A DNA stretch of 63,410 nucleotides, filler included, from Olpidium bornovanus S191 (GCA_017911155.1; 29 parts of 29 records of this genome joined end to end with filler, not necessarily neighbours in it); one strand, 5' to 3'. Counted from the whole stretch's first letter, positions 1 to 11,054 are shown. Translations and numbers: made by a program. Notes: a model not told the origin generated them from the sequence alone.

Positions 1-477
1 CATGCAACAAAGATGCAACTGACTTATCCGTCCTCGATATTGGGCGTGGTCAACTCAACATAGCAGGTCCGTTCATAACCTAAACGGCATCATTCATTGC
101 GCCATTCTAGGAGTTTGTCGCGCGTTTTTAACCGTAGCGCACGTTGTCGAAGCCTCGGGCGTTTCCACAGTGTTCCAGACTCGGCGGTTAGCTATTGGTG
201 GGACCAACTCTTAGCAACCGTTCCGCGTGCCGCGTCGCCCGTTTGGTTGATTCCGATCGTTTTGGGTCAACACGCCAAAGGACACGCGTGCGGAAACAAC
301 ACGAGGCAGAAGGGGGCAAGGATTGACAAACCCGCAGCCGGCGTCACGATTGCGCCGACTATTTACCCTCAAAGCGGTCCCAAGAAATCCATCCCGCAAT
401 TTTTTTTAATTTTTTTTTTTTTTTTTTTTTTTCTTTGTTAAGGATTTAGGTGGCGAACTTGTCGTCCGCGGACAGTC

Positions 478-1857
478 ATGGCCAGCAATCCCGCCGGGGC
501 CGCACGAGCGCCCGTCGACGCGCAGAAAGAACTGAAACAGTCTACGCCTCAGAATGCCGGCTTCAAAAGCAAGTTCTTTTTGGCAGTGAAGCTGAAATCG
601 AACGAACCCGGCCCGCCTGTGACCGGTTCCCAGTTCCAGAAATCCGCGCCGCTGGTGGTGCCCGAGGAGGCGAAGGGCACGGCCCGGTCGCATTCGGATA
701 TCGGCGCCGCCGAGGAAGGCGTCCGCGGGTCCGCGGCAAACCTCAAGGCCGCTTCCCAAGCCCCGCCAGAGTTGCTGCAACCGCACCTTCTGTCGCGCGA
801 GAACTTCTCTGAGCAGGTCCTGGAAGATCGCGTCCGCGGTTACAGTGATGTCGTTTCGGCAAGGGAAACTCCAGTCAGCTTCGGCAGAGGCGAAATTCGG
901 ACCTTGTCGAAGGCTCATCACCGGGTCTGCACCGACCCTTCGCAATCTCAGTTTTTGCAGACCAAACACGCCGTTGCCAGTCTCCAGACTTACCTGGAAG
1001 ACTACGAGAAGGAAATATCGAAGGCAGATCAGTCTATTGCGGAAAGAGCGAACCTTTTCAAGCCCGCGGCGGCAGCGATGTACTTGCGCTACTCGCCGGG
1101 GGAAAACGTCGCAGCAGTGCCTTTCGCTGAGACGGAAGTGGAGGCAGGTCCTCGGCCGCAACCCCGTCTGAAAGAGGACAGAACGGCAGAGACGAATTCG
1201 ACGGGGGATCCGAGACGTTCTGATGTGCAACTCGGGGAACAGAGATACGTTCAAAGCATTGAAAGGCCGGAATGTTCGGAAGCCCGCGACGACAGCGTTT
1301 TGAAGATCGGAGTTATGGAAGAATCCACAGTTGACGGTTCTCAGAGGGCCGGCTGCGAGACCCAGCCGCCGAACGCTCGTCGTTCTCACGACCAGATGGG
1401 GCTGCGTGCAGCGAATGAAACAAGCGACGAGCGTTTACAGGAGCAGCCGATGACCCTAGGAACTCTTGCAGTTTCTGTAACTGAGGAGGTCCAGAGTGCG
1501 CCATCCGCCGCTTCTGCTGACGACCGTCTCTCGCCGGCGTTTCGCCCGGCGGAGAGTTATGGAACCGGAAGTGATGATGCCGACGAGCAAGGTGCGAAGT
1601 CGGCGAACCGTCGTTTACAGGTTCCATGCCAGTCGCGAGGATCGCGAGAAGCAATGGTTGGAAAGCTAATCCATCGTTCGCAGAAAATCCCCAGCCGGTG
1701 CCGCCACGGTCGCCTGTCATCCCTGGGCCAGGATTCCAGACGGCCGGCCAGGAACCGGCGCCGGAGAGTGAGGTTTCTGACACTATCTGGGAGCGTCGAG
1801 TGGGACCAGACCAGGTGGGTGGCGCCGTCTCACGCGGAAAGCGAAGGCAGCCGATAA
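478..1857 (+). CDS. Hypothetical low-complexity (Ser/Glu/Ala/Pro-rich) protein, probably continuing through 1867-2996
   Basis: 459-aa ORF with an ATG start. Downstream ORFs 1867-2367 and 2445-2996 have similar composition in other frames. No domain recognised. Confidence 0.4.
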   Translation: MASNPAGAARAPVDAQKELKQSTPQNAGFKSKFFLAVKLKSNEPGPPVTGSQFQKSAPLVVPEEAKGTARSHSDIGAAEEGVRGSAANLKAASQAPPELLQPHLLSRENFSEQVLEDRVRGYSDVVSARETPVSFGRGEIRTLSKAHHRVCTDPSQSQFLQTKHAVASLQTYLEDYEKEISKADQSIAERANLFKPAAAAMYLRYSPGENVAAVPFAETEVEAGPRPQPRLKEDRTAETNSTGDPRRSDVQLGEQRYVQSIERPECSEARDDSVLKIGVMEESTVDGSQRAGCETQPPNARRSHDQMGLRAANETSDERLQEQPMTLGTLAVSVTEEVQSAPSAASADDRLSPAFRPAESYGTGSDDADEQGAKSANRRLQVPCQSRGSREAMVGKLIHRSQKIPSRCRHGRLSSLGQDSRRPARNRRRRVRFLTLSGSVEWDQTRWVAPSHAESEGSR

Positions 1858-2996
1858 AGAACTTTAATGCGGAACCGTTCGCAACGGCAGGAACAAGACA
1901 AGACCGTCTTTATGGGAACGCCAGAATTGGTTTCCCCTAATCAGGCGCTAGATATTCCGCACGGCATTTCTGAAAGTGCAGAAGCACGACCCCATTCGGC
2001 TGCCATTCCGGAGCCACCAAAGCATCAAGAAGCGGAGGCTACTCCGACTGTCGCTTCCGACGGCGTTTGGGCGCCGGACAAGGAAGAGCATGGCGAGGCG
2101 TGGCCCATTCAGGAAAACCAGTCCGGCGGGGAAAAAGGTGAGGGCGCATTCGGAGAGGCGCCGGCGTCGCACGGAAAGATTTCCGCCCCAGAGGACGCGG
2201 AACGTACGCAACATGTCATGCAAGGTAAGAGGGCCCTTCCGCTTTCGAACGCGCAGCAGCAAAAAGGGTTTTTGAACAGAATCGAAATCAAAAACCGCGT
2301 GTGGATCGTGACATTATTGCATCTGCAGATTCCGCGACAGAACTCCGCGCGGACGGGGCGAATTTGACGGTGAGAGATCTTGACGTTCGGAGAGGCCGGA
2401 CGCTTGTGGATGCCGTTTGATCCAAGACGCTAGCGCAGTTAAGTGTGGTGCACACGCTAAGTGGATGTTCTACCCGGTGCGGCCGGTCACAGCCACCGGC
2501 CGCACCAGAGATTAACCCGCTGACAACAGGTTTACAAAACGATTGGAACGATCAAGCGGACAACAGGATAAAGCCTCCAGAGACGCCAAAAACGCAGGCC
2601 GTGGCACCACATGTTGAACAAGCCATGGGCAATGAGGGACCAGGGACTGAAAACTCTCAACTTGAGCAACACTCTCGCCACGAGCCACCATTTGACCGCA
2701 ACAGCATTGTTAAACAGAAGTTCAAAAATCTTGACCTGCGCAGTGCTGAAAATGCGCATAATGAATCGCCTGTGACGTACGAACAGACGCCGCTGCCGGT
2801 TTCAGAAGGGACCTTGGCACCACAACAAGTTAGTCCTGAGAAAGACATTGAAGTCCAGGTTTGCATGGATGCGGCAGCAAGTTCTATGATTGTATCCATA
2901 GCAGAATTCCCCGGTTCAGTGACTGATGTCACTGGTAAAGCTCTACACGAACAAAGCCCTGCCGCAATAATCCAGGATCCTGCAAGCAATACCATG

Positions 2997-3096
2997 NNNN
3001 NNNNNNNNNNNNNNNNNNNNNNNNNNNNNNNNNNNNNNNNTTAATTAATTAANNNNNNNNNNNNNNNNNNNNNNNNNNNNNNNNNNNNNNNNNNNN
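2997..3096. other. Artificial contig spacer (first of 28 identical 100-nt spacers)
   Basis: 44 N + TTAATTAATTAA (stops in all six frames) + 44 N. The same spacer recurs at 4437, 6887, 8316, 10017, 14069, 15856, 17339, 21035, 25151, 27131, 29197, 30406, 33566, 35016, 37852, 39235, 40586, 41747, 44290, 46407, 48023, 49177, 51268, 53922, 55584, 60072 and 61906. Confidence 0.99.
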
Positions 3097-3490
3097 ACCA
3101 CACCCCCGCCCCCCCCCCCCCCCCCTTTTCCCCCCCCCCCCCGGACCTCGGCGAATCCCGCCCCGCAGCCGACGACGACTTCCCCCCCCCCCATTTTTGA
3201 CCGCAACCACTCTACTGCGTCGCTCTTCCGAAACCCCTGACTTGCGCGGAACCGCGTGTAGCATGGCTGTCGCCTCCCTGTCAACGTCGGCGGCGTCTTC
3301 ACTCACGACAACCGCACAATTCTCGCAAACTGCCACCGCCACGGTGACCGCCATATCGAAGCTGGCATACGAGGCCGCAACCACCATATCCCTGCATTCT
3401 GCGGCGCGGGGCGTTTGAAATCGCGCTGCTTCGGACGGCCTCACGGCGCTGAAGGAGAGTCGTCGCGTATACAACGCCCCTTGAGTAATC

Positions 3491-4436
3491 ATGGACGCCA
3501 AAGACGGAAAAGCAAGTTATGCGGAGCGCCTGCCCAAAGTTTCCGGATGGAGGACGGCCTCTCCGTACAGCCGGATTGACAGCCGCGGAGAGTGGCTGCC
3601 GGCAGAGGTGGACGATGAGGGAAACGTGGAGTACAAGGCACGCAAACTAGTCCGGCGGGCTATGGCGTTCCCCCAAGTCTGTCTGCCTCGCAGCTGACAC
3701 ACGTATCCTGTGCCTACCTGCCACAGCTACAGTTGGTGAACCTGACGCCAGAGCGCTTTGAAAACCTTGTAACGCAACTCAACTGGCGGTACGTGGATTT
3801 GTATTCGTCGGGCTATCTTCTTTCAATTTTCTTTTTTTTTTTTGGCCAGTTGGAAGCCGCCCTTCGCCTGGAAAACGCAGTCTGAGTGGCGGCGCTCGCG
3901 TGCAGGATATCCGAAGGTGGTGGCGAGGCGCTCTATGAGCTGGGAGTTTCAGACAACGGCTTTCTGTGTGGGCTGTCCGAGGAGGATCTGGCCGCTTCTA
4001 TCGCCACTCTGCGCAGGATGGCCGACCGCGTAGGGGCAGTTGTTTGCGTAGTTCGTGAGCACCACGTGGCTGCAGCCGGCGGCGGCGCCGGGCGGAAATC
4101 CGCCGAGCTTCTCGTTAGAAAGAGGGCTAAGGGTGGACCCCTTTGCAATTTCGAGGTGCAGGTTGCTATGCTTGGTACGTCCACTCCCTACGTTCATCTG
4201 TGCACTTCATCCGTTGTGCTGGCACTCCTCTGACAGCGACTTGCATCAGGGTCCCATGATGCAGGGAAGAGCACCTTGCTTGGCGTTTTGACTCAAGGAA
4301 ACCTGGACAATGGGAGAGGCCGCGCACGTGGGCCATTATATTTTATATCGCCTTAAACGATACGATCACTGCTGTTTTCCTGACTGTCTGTTGTTTTTAC
4401 GAATGTCAGGCCTCAACTTGCTCCGCCACCGACATG
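3491..4436 (+). CDS. GTPBP2: GTP-binding protein 1/2-like translational GTPase, 5' part (multi-exon)
   Basis: Spliced exons (3491-3637, 3727-3788, 3906-4174, 4250-4327, 4410->) give [45 protein letters not shown]...[39 protein letters not shown]. This matches the GTPBP1/2 N-terminus and P-loop. The contig ends inside the gene, and GTPBP1 versus GTPBP2 is not certain. Confidence 0.88.
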
Positions 4437-4654
4437 NNNNNNNNNNNNNNNNNNNNNNNNNNNNNNNNNNNNNNNNNNNNTTAATTAATTAANNNNNNNN
4501 NNNNNNNNNNNNNNNNNNNNNNNNNNNNNNNNNNNNCTTATCTCCGCCGCCGCCGCTGCCGCCGCCAACGCCAAGAGGAGAGGAAGGTTAAGACCGCCTA
4601 AATCGTGGTTCATCGGCCGCGACGGGAGAAAAAACCCATTATCTTTTTTGGATC

Positions 4655-6526
4655 ATGCCGTTCGCTTTTCACTGGGGACCACACGGCGTCCGCGGCATCC
4701 CCAAGTTGGCCGAGGGCTCTGCCACCCACATGATCGAGGAGCTCGGCTCGTCAGTTTTCGCTTTCCAGGCGGGCGGGCGGGAGGGGACGGAGGCGACGGC
4801 GACGCCCGCGGGGTGTGCTCCGGACCTGACGGCGGCGGGGGCGGCGACGGCGGCGAGACCGGGGCCGGGGGGTTTCCTCTCCTTCCTGTCCGAGGACGGG
4901 AAAAAGGGGACGCCGCCGTCGCGGCTGCTCAGGTGGATCTCCCGCATCAAGCGTCGCCCGAGGCTCGCCGCGGCGCCGGCGCCGGAGGGGCAGCTGCACC
5001 AGCAGCCGCCGCCGCCGCGGGATATCGACGCCGAACGGAAAATCTGGAACCGCGTCTTCGGCGGCATCGACATCCCCGGGTTCGTCCTAGATTACCTTAG
5101 CCGGCTGTCGACCGAGGTCGACCTCGTCGCGGCTCTGGGCGAAAGCGAAAGCGGCGGCGGCCCGAGGCCGAAACCCAACAACCACCACGGCCACCATTTC
5201 CTCCTCCCGCGCGCCGGCTTCGTCATCCACCGCAACGGCCTCGTCACCCCGCCCCCGCGCGGGGTGCTAGGGAAAGAGCTGGACCCCGACCCGAGGGATT
5301 ACTTCGACCCGTTCCAGTGCCGGCGCGGGCCTGCTGGGCAAGAGGCGCCCCCGGGCGTTTCCGTGCAGCAGCGGCAGCAACGGCAGCTCGAGCGCAGGTG
5401 GTGCGCCGCCGCGCCGGCGGCCGAAGCCCTGGGGCCAGCTCCGGCGCCGGCGCCGGCCAAAAAGCGTTCCGTTTCCGGGGCCGGTCCGCTGCAGCTGCCG
5501 GAGCTCCTGCTGTGCGTGATGGAGTTTCTGTCCGGCACCGAATCGCTGCACTCGTGCCTGTTCGTGTGCAAGTCGTGGAGCGCCTGCGCGTCCAGGGTCA
5601 TGTGGCGGCACGTCCGGCTCGCCTCGACCAGGAGCGCCCTGAAATTCCTGGCCCGGGGGTCGGAGGTGATGCCGCGCTTCGACGCTAAGTCAAACTGCAC
5701 GTGGTACCTGAGCGGCGACCGGTGGATCAAGCGCGGGACGGCGGCCGACGAGGCGCCCTGGCAGGCGCGGGCCCTGCGGTCGCTGGCGTTCCACAAGGTG
5801 AAGTTTCTGGACGACGCCGGCCTGGCTGCCGCGTCCCGCCAGCTGCACAACATCCGCTTTCTCGAGTTCTACATCTGCGAGAACGTCGGCGACGCGACCG
5901 TCACGGGCTTCGCGCAGACCTGCCGCGAGCTGACCGACATCCGGCTACCCGGCTGCAGCAGGGTCGGCGACGGGGCGATCCTGACCGTGGCGGCCCACTG
6001 CCCGCTTCTGCGGCACTTGGACCTGAGGGCGTGCGGAAGGGTCTCCGACCGGGCAGTGACGGAGGTGGCCTGGCGGTGCCGGCGGCTGACCCACATCAAC
6101 GTCGGCAGGGTCGAGGGCGCCCACAGGATCACCGACCGCTCAGTTGAGTCCCTGGCCGGGGAAACCCAGGTCTCCACGCTCGGCTTGGCCGGGTGCAGGG
6201 TCACCGACGCCGGGATCGCCGTCCTGGCCGCTCGCCGGGGCGTCGGCGTCGAGCGCGTCAGCATCAACAACTGCGCCGGCATCACGGAAAGGGCGCTGGC
6301 CGCCCTGGTCGACGGCTGCCCTCGGCTCGCCGTGCTCGAGATCAAAGACTGCTCCAACATCGAGCGGATGGCGCCGGTGGAGGAGCTTCTCGCTCGCAAA
6401 GTGCTTGTCGAGATGTGTCCGGGCCTCCGGGCCCGCCTCGATGCCCACAGGATCGCCGGCGCGCAGAGCGCAGCGGCCGCGGCGTCCGCGGAACCGCATC
6501 AGGGGGACGCTGCTCCCTCCTCGTGA
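4655..6526 (+). CDS. F-box / cysteine-containing LRR protein (FBXL/Amn1-like SCF adaptor), apparently intronless
   Basis: 623-aa ORF. F-box-like LPELLLCVMEFL...LHSCLFVCKSW...MWRHVRL, followed by about 8 LRRs (LTDIRLPGCSRVGD, LRHLDLRACGRVSD, LGLAGCRVTDAG, LEIKDCSNI). Confidence 0.88.
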   Translation: MPFAFHWGPHGVRGIPKLAEGSATHMIEELGSSVFAFQAGGREGTEATATPAGCAPDLTAAGAATAARPGPGGFLSFLSEDGKKGTPPSRLLRWISRIKRRPRLAAAPAPEGQLHQQPPPPRDIDAERKIWNRVFGGIDIPGFVLDYLSRLSTEVDLVAALGESESGGGPRPKPNNHHGHHFLLPRAGFVIHRNGLVTPPPRGVLGKELDPDPRDYFDPFQCRRGPAGQEAPPGVSVQQRQQRQLERRWCAAAPAAEALGPAPAPAPAKKRSVSGAGPLQLPELLLCVMEFLSGTESLHSCLFVCKSWSACASRVMWRHVRLASTRSALKFLARGSEVMPRFDAKSNCTWYLSGDRWIKRGTAADEAPWQARALRSLAFHKVKFLDDAGLAAASRQLHNIRFLEFYICENVGDATVTGFAQTCRELTDIRLPGCSRVGDGAILTVAAHCPLLRHLDLRACGRVSDRAVTEVAWRCRRLTHINVGRVEGAHRITDRSVESLAGETQVSTLGLAGCRVTDAGIAVLAARRGVGVERVSINNCAGITERALAALVDGCPRLAVLEIKDCSNIERMAPVEELLARKVLVEMCPGLRARLDAHRIAGAQSAAAAASAEPHQGDAAPSS

Positions 6527-7291
6527 GGGGATCCGGAGGTCCTCGGCCCCAGATTCAAACGCATTCTAACGCATTCTAACCTCACCCCCCGTCCTTAACC
6601 AACCCCCCCCCCCTCCCCCCGCTTCCCTCTCCCGCCCAGGTGAAATCCCGTTCATTCCATTGCATCTCTCTCCCTTTTGCCTTTGTGTCGGCGAGCCTCA
6701 ATTGCCTGGCCCAATCTCATGTTCCCACTCCGCCGGAAGGGCCGCATTCTAATATTTCTTTTTCCCATGACGTTTACACTTCTTCCTCTTCGTTTCTTTT
6801 GCGACCTGGCGTGCCATTGTACCATATCAAAAATCAACTGCCTAACTTATGTAACGGCAGCCTGACATCCCAGCGCACGCTTGTACNNNNNNNNNNNNNN
6901 NNNNNNNNNNNNNNNNNNNNNNNNNNNNNNTTAATTAATTAANNNNNNNNNNNNNNNNNNNNNNNNNNNNNNNNNNNNNNNNNNNNAAAGACAATATCCC
7001 GTAACCAAACTCCGCAAATCCAAGGTACTACAGCGTGAGCAGCAACGAACTAATTGGTTTACAAAGATACTACCGATGACCGAAAATAATCAACGCCCCA
7101 AGCCATGAACTTGATTTGCCGGCCGCGATCATTTCTTTTTGTTTTCTTCTTTGTAATCTACTGGATTCGCGAAATTTCGTTGGATCGGCGGGATTCATGA
7201 GATCTACGGGATTGGCGGGATTCACTGTCGTAGGAACTTTTTTTTCTATTTTCTTCTTTTTTCTCATTGTCGTTTATTGTGTGTGTGTGAA

Positions 7292-7334
<43 letters not shown>

Positions 7335-8458
7335 GTGGGGAGGGAGTTGTCGACGTCCCGCCTAATTTTTTTTTTCCTTGGCGGCCAGGATTTAGGGTCA
7401 GGGTTAGGGTAAAACTGGTTTTGAATCCTTGCACCGGAGCCAAGGGCAGCTCTCGTGGAAGAGAGACCGGGCTGCCGTCGGCTCTCCGGGCGCGCGGCCG
7501 TCGGCTCTAACCTGTGGGTAGCCAAAACAAGGGGAGGGTTGGGAGAGGGGAGGCACCAGAAAATTTGCCCGGCGCACATTCCTCCGTCTCCGTCGCCGTC
7601 TCCGTTTCCGTCGCCGTCTCCGTTTCCTTGGAGGGTTGGTGTGAATGTCGCTCGCACGGGGGCCGGGTGTTTCCTTTAATGTCGTGCCCAAAATAAAACC
7701 TAGAAAGAAAGAATTCAAAATAGAAACAATTAATTCTTTCTACGGATTTCGAAAAAGTGATCTCTATCAGATTCGAACTGATGACCGTCTGTGTGTTAGA
7801 CAGACGTGATAACCAACTACACCAAGAGATCATAAGACGACGGACTGTGAGGATGTTGCCGCTATCAAGCAAAACCGGTGCTTTGCACCGTCTACTTGCG
7901 CAGCATTGTAACCGTACGTGCGGATAGCCCCGGCGCCGCGGTGGGGAGACTAAAGCCAAACCGCCGCAAACGAGCCTACTTTCTTCCCAATTTCCAATAT
8001 ATACAAAACGGAACTTCACCAAAAACTAACAACGAACAGGGTTCCGCAGCGACCCGACGTCCCTTCGCTGCGCGGGCTCGGTCGGCTTGTCACATAGAGC
8101 TGCAACGGGCACCGGCGGAACCATGAAAGCTTGGCGGAAACCGGCCCGGGATAGGCGATGGTGAGTGGGGGAAGAGGGAGGGGGGAAGGTGACGGCATGA
8201 TTTTGTGCTTAAACGGAACGTGCCAGCGCCAATCGCCTAAAATTCCTGTGGATGTCCCCCCTTTCTCCCCCTTTCCCCTTTCCCCGGGCTGCAGCATACC
8301 ACGCGCAGGCCACCANNNNNNNNNNNNNNNNNNNNNNNNNNNNNNNNNNNNNNNNNNNNTTAATTAATTAANNNNNNNNNNNNNNNNNNNNNNNNNNNNN
8401 NNNNNNNNNNNNNNNAAATTGCATGAACAGTTCTCTGTCTGCTTCTTGAGAGGCTTCC

Positions 8459-10016
8459 TTTAATGCGCGTGTTTTTGGTTTCCTCACGGTTTCTCCCGTT
8501 TTCTCCTCGTACCCTTTGTTCCCCTTCACTACAGCCACCCCCCCCGTGACTGACGAGCTTGTTTTGGCAGTCACGGTGTATCACGTGGCTGACAGCTCTT
8601 TTGGTTTTTAACGAGTCAGATTTGGCCCCATCAACGCCACTTGCCCCGCACCATTACCCCGCACTTCAGTCTCCGCCATGTCCACCCGTCCACCCAGCCA
8701 CAATGTCGTCCTCTGCGTCCGCCGCCCCTGCGTCCACCCCATCCGTCTTACCAAGAGGCGTCTCGTCGCCGCCACCCGTCAGATCTACACGGCCTTCTGG
8801 GCGCATCGGTTACGCGATTTCCGCAGCTTGCTCGTGGCCGCAGCTGCGTGCGTTGCCGATCCACCGACGCCAGAACGTCAATGCACTCTGCGTGGCCGGA
8901 TGATCTGCTTCATCCATTACGCGTGGTGTTTCGCGCCGTCCACGAAAGTACGGAAGTACGGAAGTCTGCGTCGCCCTTCTCCAGTCAGTTCTGGTCCCTC
9001 CTTCGTACTGCAACTTCACTTTGATAAATAACCTCTTCCACGTCTACTGGCAGACTTCGCGGATCGATGATTGACGCCTTCCTCCAGGTCATGAATTGGC
9101 CAGCCTCCTTTTGGCTTCCCCCGGATCCTCGCAATCTGGAATTCCTGTTCTTGCCGTCAGACACGCAGTATTGTGGCCCCGGCGGCCCTGAAGACCGCGA
9201 CTCCGATCCGCCCCCCGCTCCCGTCGACGACGACAGTTATATTCCGGTTCGCGTCCTCATGCACCCGGTCTCTCCGCCGCAGCCAGACGCCGAGCTCGCA
9301 GACGATGCCCCGGCAGCCCTTTCTCCCCCTGCCCGGAACTCTTGGTTCCCAGAGCTCCGCCAAAGCGCCGAATCCTATAATTTTCTCCGCCGGCTCGCGG
9401 TTGCACGAGAGGACCCTCCCATCGACATGCCCCGGGTCGACCAGGGCCAAACGCGCTCACGAAATTTTCTCTTCTCAGACATTTGGCGGGACGTTCCGCG
9501 CGATGACGACGACAATCCCGAGGAAGGCGGCAGGGACGAGGGTGCCCCTCCCCCTTCGGATCGCGTCACGCGGTCGCAGGCTCGCGCCAGCCACGCCTCC
9601 GCATCGACGACCAGACACGGGCCTGCCCCGCCAACATCCGGCTCCACCTCCGCTTCCACAACAAGTCACAGGATCGCGACCGCCACCGCCCCCAGCAGTC
9701 ATCGTAGCGCGCGGTCGCGGACAACCGCCGCAGTCGCCCTTCCGTCGTCGACTTCCGCCTCTTCGGTCCCCGTGCCCCTTCCTCGCTGGCCGCGCCCGCG
9801 CCCCCATGTGCCCGCGGGTCTTCCTCGGCGACCGTTGCTCCCGGCGAGTCTTCCTCCAGCGGCAACACGTCGGCTCCCGGCTCGGCGGCAGCTGACATGC
9901 CGCCCGCTCCGTAGTCGCAACGCCACTCCCCTTTTCCCTTCCTTTTAGAGGGAAACAAAATAAAAAAAATCCGTGAGTACAGTGGAATTTCGAGATCAAG
10001 TTTTGGAATTTGGTCT
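8459..10016 (+). repeat. Dispersed repeat, copy 1, with a frameshifted two-exon orphan gene
   Basis: Clearly alignable over its whole length to the reverse complement of 42230-43787. Shared peptides include QIYTAFWAHRLRD and MIDAFLQVMNWPASFWLP...NSWFPELRQSAES...GQTRSRNFLFSDIWRD. Putative 70-nt intron at 8984-9053. Confidence 0.9.
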
Positions 10017-10116
10017 NNNNNNNNNNNNNNNNNNNNNNNNNNNNNNNNNNNNNNNNNNNNTTAATTAATTAANNNNNNNNNNNNNNNNNNNNNNNNNNNN
10101 NNNNNNNNNNNNNNNN

Positions 10117-11054
10117 CATGCGAGTAGTGGCCGCACACCTGGAGCTGACTCTCAACACGTCCACCTACACACCTTTGTTGATTTCCACAGCGATTCGGCT
10201 CTGCGCTTCCGGGAGCCTCAGTAGCGATTCCTCCAAAACATTCTGTCCCCGGATATTGGTTGGACGGCCACGAAATGCGAAAAACGCGGTTAAGCGAGTC
10301 TCGGAGAGACTTTATTTGCAAATTCGGGAGAACTCTCACCTCTGTCTGCTTGATATACATTGTGTTCCGGAAATGCTTAGTAGCATACTTGACGTAAGCG
10401 TTCGCCGCTTCGTCAGTCTGAAACGTATCAGTCTCCCTGTCTGGTTCTTCCGTCAACGTCTCCCTGGACAGGATGCGGGAACGCGAAGCATCAGGCGATC
10501 AGCTGGAGAGCAATGCGAGCAACAGGACATAATTACTGCCAGCAATTTTCGTTACGAAGAAACATTTTGCAGACGGCAGAGAACCATGCAAAGCGCAAAT
10601 CAGACCTTGTTGGAATGGCCATCTCGGTAGTTATACCGACATAGTCGCCTTTAGGTTCGTACAGCGGTGTCAACGTTGTATGTGTGGCGTTCCACTGCTC
10701 GACGAAGTCGTCGGGCAACGTGCCGCCGCACGGGTCTTGAATCGCGGCCGGGATATGGCACGCGTTCGGCGGGCCTGAGTGCCAGCCTCCGGCGGAACTT
10801 GGCGTCGCGACGCGACCGTCTCTCGCATTGTCGATCATGGTTAGCAGTGCAGCCAACTCCAGGACATCGGCGTTTTGGAACTGGGCATTATCGTTGCCCC
10901 AACGGTTTCCGCCAAGGTGGACGTCCGTGTCCTCTTGCGGCGCCTGGTTTTCCGGGGAGGGCGCGCTCCGCTCAACCGGGTCCTGCTCCTCCGTCCCCGC
11001 GAGGTCGATGGCCCTGAGCAGATCCTCGATTGACTTGCCGCCGGAAACCGCCAT
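10117..11054 (-). CDS. Hypothetical multi-exon protein fragment, weak FAR1/MULE-type DNA-binding-domain resemblance
   Basis: ORF from ATG 11054 (MAVSGGKSIEDLLRAIDL...). A later exon reads TFQTDEAANAYVKYATKHFRNTMYIKQTE followed by a GT donor. The gene model is uncertain. Confidence 0.28.

Noticed and set aside
3041-3052. TTAATTAATTAA recurring 28 times, superficially like a regularly spaced repeat or CRISPR array
   Set aside because: Always centred in exactly 44+44 N. It is a synthetic six-frame-stop linker between contigs.
7388-7412. TTTAGGG-TCAGGG-TTAGGG telomere-like trio (also TTAGGGTTAGG near 38851)
   Set aside because: Only 2-3 imperfect units, internal to contigs. Too short to call a telomere or an interstitial telomeric array.
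9055-9074. Overlapping stop/start (ATGATTGA) in the repeat family, suggesting a bicistronic, translationally coupled unit
   Set aside because: A conserved 70-nt GT-AG segment with a branch-like site (8984-9053) joins the two ORFs in frame, which is the simpler explanation. It would be reopened if RNA-seq shows no splicing.
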